Of a stretch of 64,000 nt of DNA, positions 62,784 through 64,000 are shown piece after piece. The position numbers were made by a program, and so were the translations under genes. Location: NCBI GenBank assembly GCA_033764015.1, contig JANRJK010000031.1, positions 80,987 to 144,986 on the forward strand. The letters run 5' to 3'. The notes below the pieces were generated by a model, which saw nothing but the letters and a program-made list of their open reading frames with translations, searched no databases and had not been told where the DNA came from. Source of the stretch: Candidatus Sumerlaeia bacterium. Lineage in GTDB: Bacteria > Sumerlaeota > Sumerlaeia > SLMS01 > JANRJK01. Each line of letters begins with the position of its first letter. The first letter of the stretch is position 1.

Positions 62784-63998
62784 TCAGCCCGTGCCGGCGC
62801 GGCCCTCGCGGAGCACCCAGAGCAGGCCGTCCTCGAGCGTCGGCTCGACCGGGCGGGCGCCGTCGCGCGGGGGCGCGCCGGTCGCGAGGACGCGGAAGCC
62901 TTCGCGTCCGCCGCGGGCCACCTGGAAAAGCACCCGCGCCCCGCGGGCGAGCAGCGCGCCGCGAAGCGCCTCCGGCTCCTCGCGTTCCTCCGCCATGATC
63001 TCCCACACGCTGCCGCGCAGGCGCGCCTGCAGCTCCGCGGGCGGGCCCGAGAAGCGCAGGGCGCCGCGCGCCATGATCGCCACCTGCGAGCAGCGCTGTT
63101 CAAGGTCGTCCACGATATGCGTCGAGAAGAGCACCGCGCGGTCCGCCGCGAGCTGCGACAGCAGCAGCCGCACGCGCACGCGCTCGACCGGGTCGAGGCC
63201 CGCGGTGGGCTCGTCGACGATGAGGATCGGCGGCGCCTGGAGCAGCACGCGGGCGATGCCGGCGCGCTGCTTCATGCCGCCGGAGAAGCCCCCGAGGCGC
63301 TCGTTGAAGTGTTCCGCGAGGTTCACCTGCTCGGCGGCGGAGCGGATCGCGGCCGCGCGCGCGGCGGGCTCGTCGAGCGCGGCGAGGCCCGCCAGGCGCC
63401 GCCCCAGCTCGTCGCCGCCGTCGCCGTGCAGCGCCCGCGCCCGCTGGATCGTCCGCGCGGTCTGCAGCGCGAAGTACTCCAGGTACTCCGCGAGCGTCAT
63501 CGACTCGTAGAGCCCGTGGTTCTGCGGCAGGTAGCCGATCAGCGGCGCCAGCAGCCCGGGCGCCTCGCGGTGCGCCGCGCCGAACACCCGCACCGTGCCG
63601 CGGTCCGGCGTCTGCAGGCCCGCGATGCAGCGCAGCAGCGTCGTCTTGCCCGCGCCGTTCGGCCCCAGCAGGCCGAACAGGCCGGGGCCGATCTCGAGGG
63701 AGACGCCGCGCAGCGCGTGCAGGCCCGCGACCGGCGCGTGGCCCAGCGCGTAGCCCTTGCGCGGCAGGTAGCGCCGCAGCGGCGCGAGCTGGCCGAGCGG
63801 ATACACCACCTGCAGGTTCTCCATGCGGAGCGGCGGCGCCGCGCCGGGCTCCGGCGCGGAGGGCGCCGGAACGAAGCGCGCCGCGGGGACGGCCTCCGCC
63901 AAGGGACCCCGCAGCAGCGGAACGAACTCGCGCGAGGCGAACGCCGCGTCGCCCGCTAGCTCCGAGGCGAAGCGCCCCGCGCCGCGCGCCGAACCCGA
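62784..63998 (-). CDS. ABC transporter ATP-binding domain; frame open to the window edge (5'-partial)
   Basis: GPNGAGKTT, FSGGMKQR, IVDEPTAGLDP, STH; no stop codon between 63902 and the window end. Confidence 0.88.
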   Translation of the reverse strand, partial: SGSARGAGRFASELAGDAAFASREFVPLLRGPLAEAVPAARFVPAPSAPEPGAAPPLRMENLQVVYPLGQLAPLRRYLPRKGYALGHAPVAGLHALRGVSLEIGPGLFGLLGPNGAGKTTLLRCIAGLQTPDRGTVRVFGAAHREAPGLLAPLIGYLPQNHGLYESMTLAEYLEYFALQTARTIQRARALHGDGGDELGRRLAGLAALDEPAARAAAIRSAAEQVNLAEHFNERLGGFSGGMKQRAGIARVLLQAPPILIVDEPTAGLDPVERVRVRLLLSQLAADRAVLFSTHIVDDLEQRCSQVAIMARGALRFSGPPAELQARLRGSVWEIMAEEREEPEALRGALLARGARVLFQVARGGREGFRVLATGAPPRDGARPVEPTLEDGLLWVLREGRAGTG

Positions 63999-64000
63999 CA

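Overview
A 64-kb stretch of a very GC-rich bacterial chromosome. The lineage cannot be fixed from sequence alone; the gene mix loosely suggests a diderm such as Sumerlaeota/BRC1 or a PVC-like group. About 48 CDSs are present, mostly housekeeping, envelope and signalling genes: two dacB paralogs, nusA, trpG/pabA, serA, prfB, a cold-shock protein, a TrmH-family methyltransferase, a DegT aminotransferase, a Ser/Thr kinase, a PAS hybrid kinase, a SpoIIE phosphatase and several glycosyltransferases. I saw no rRNA, tRNA, CRISPR array, integrase or transposase. The most interesting signals are: (1) an apparently intact, host-like, orphan phage terminase large subunit with a candidate small subunit and no other phage genes, possibly a domesticated or dispersed GTA-like packaging module; (2) a three-gene operon built around a secreted protein with an animal-CLCA-like metalloprotease-vWA architecture; (3) a specialised J-TPR/GrpE/Hsp70 operon in which both the HPD motif and the Hsp70 linker are non-canonical; (4) an AT-richer BstYI-like restriction-modification cassette bracketed by a 46-bp imperfect direct repeat that puts the DinB C-terminus onto an orphan HicB; (5) a prfB +1 frameshift site that uses UAA instead of UGA. 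All family assignments come from motif recognition, not database searches.
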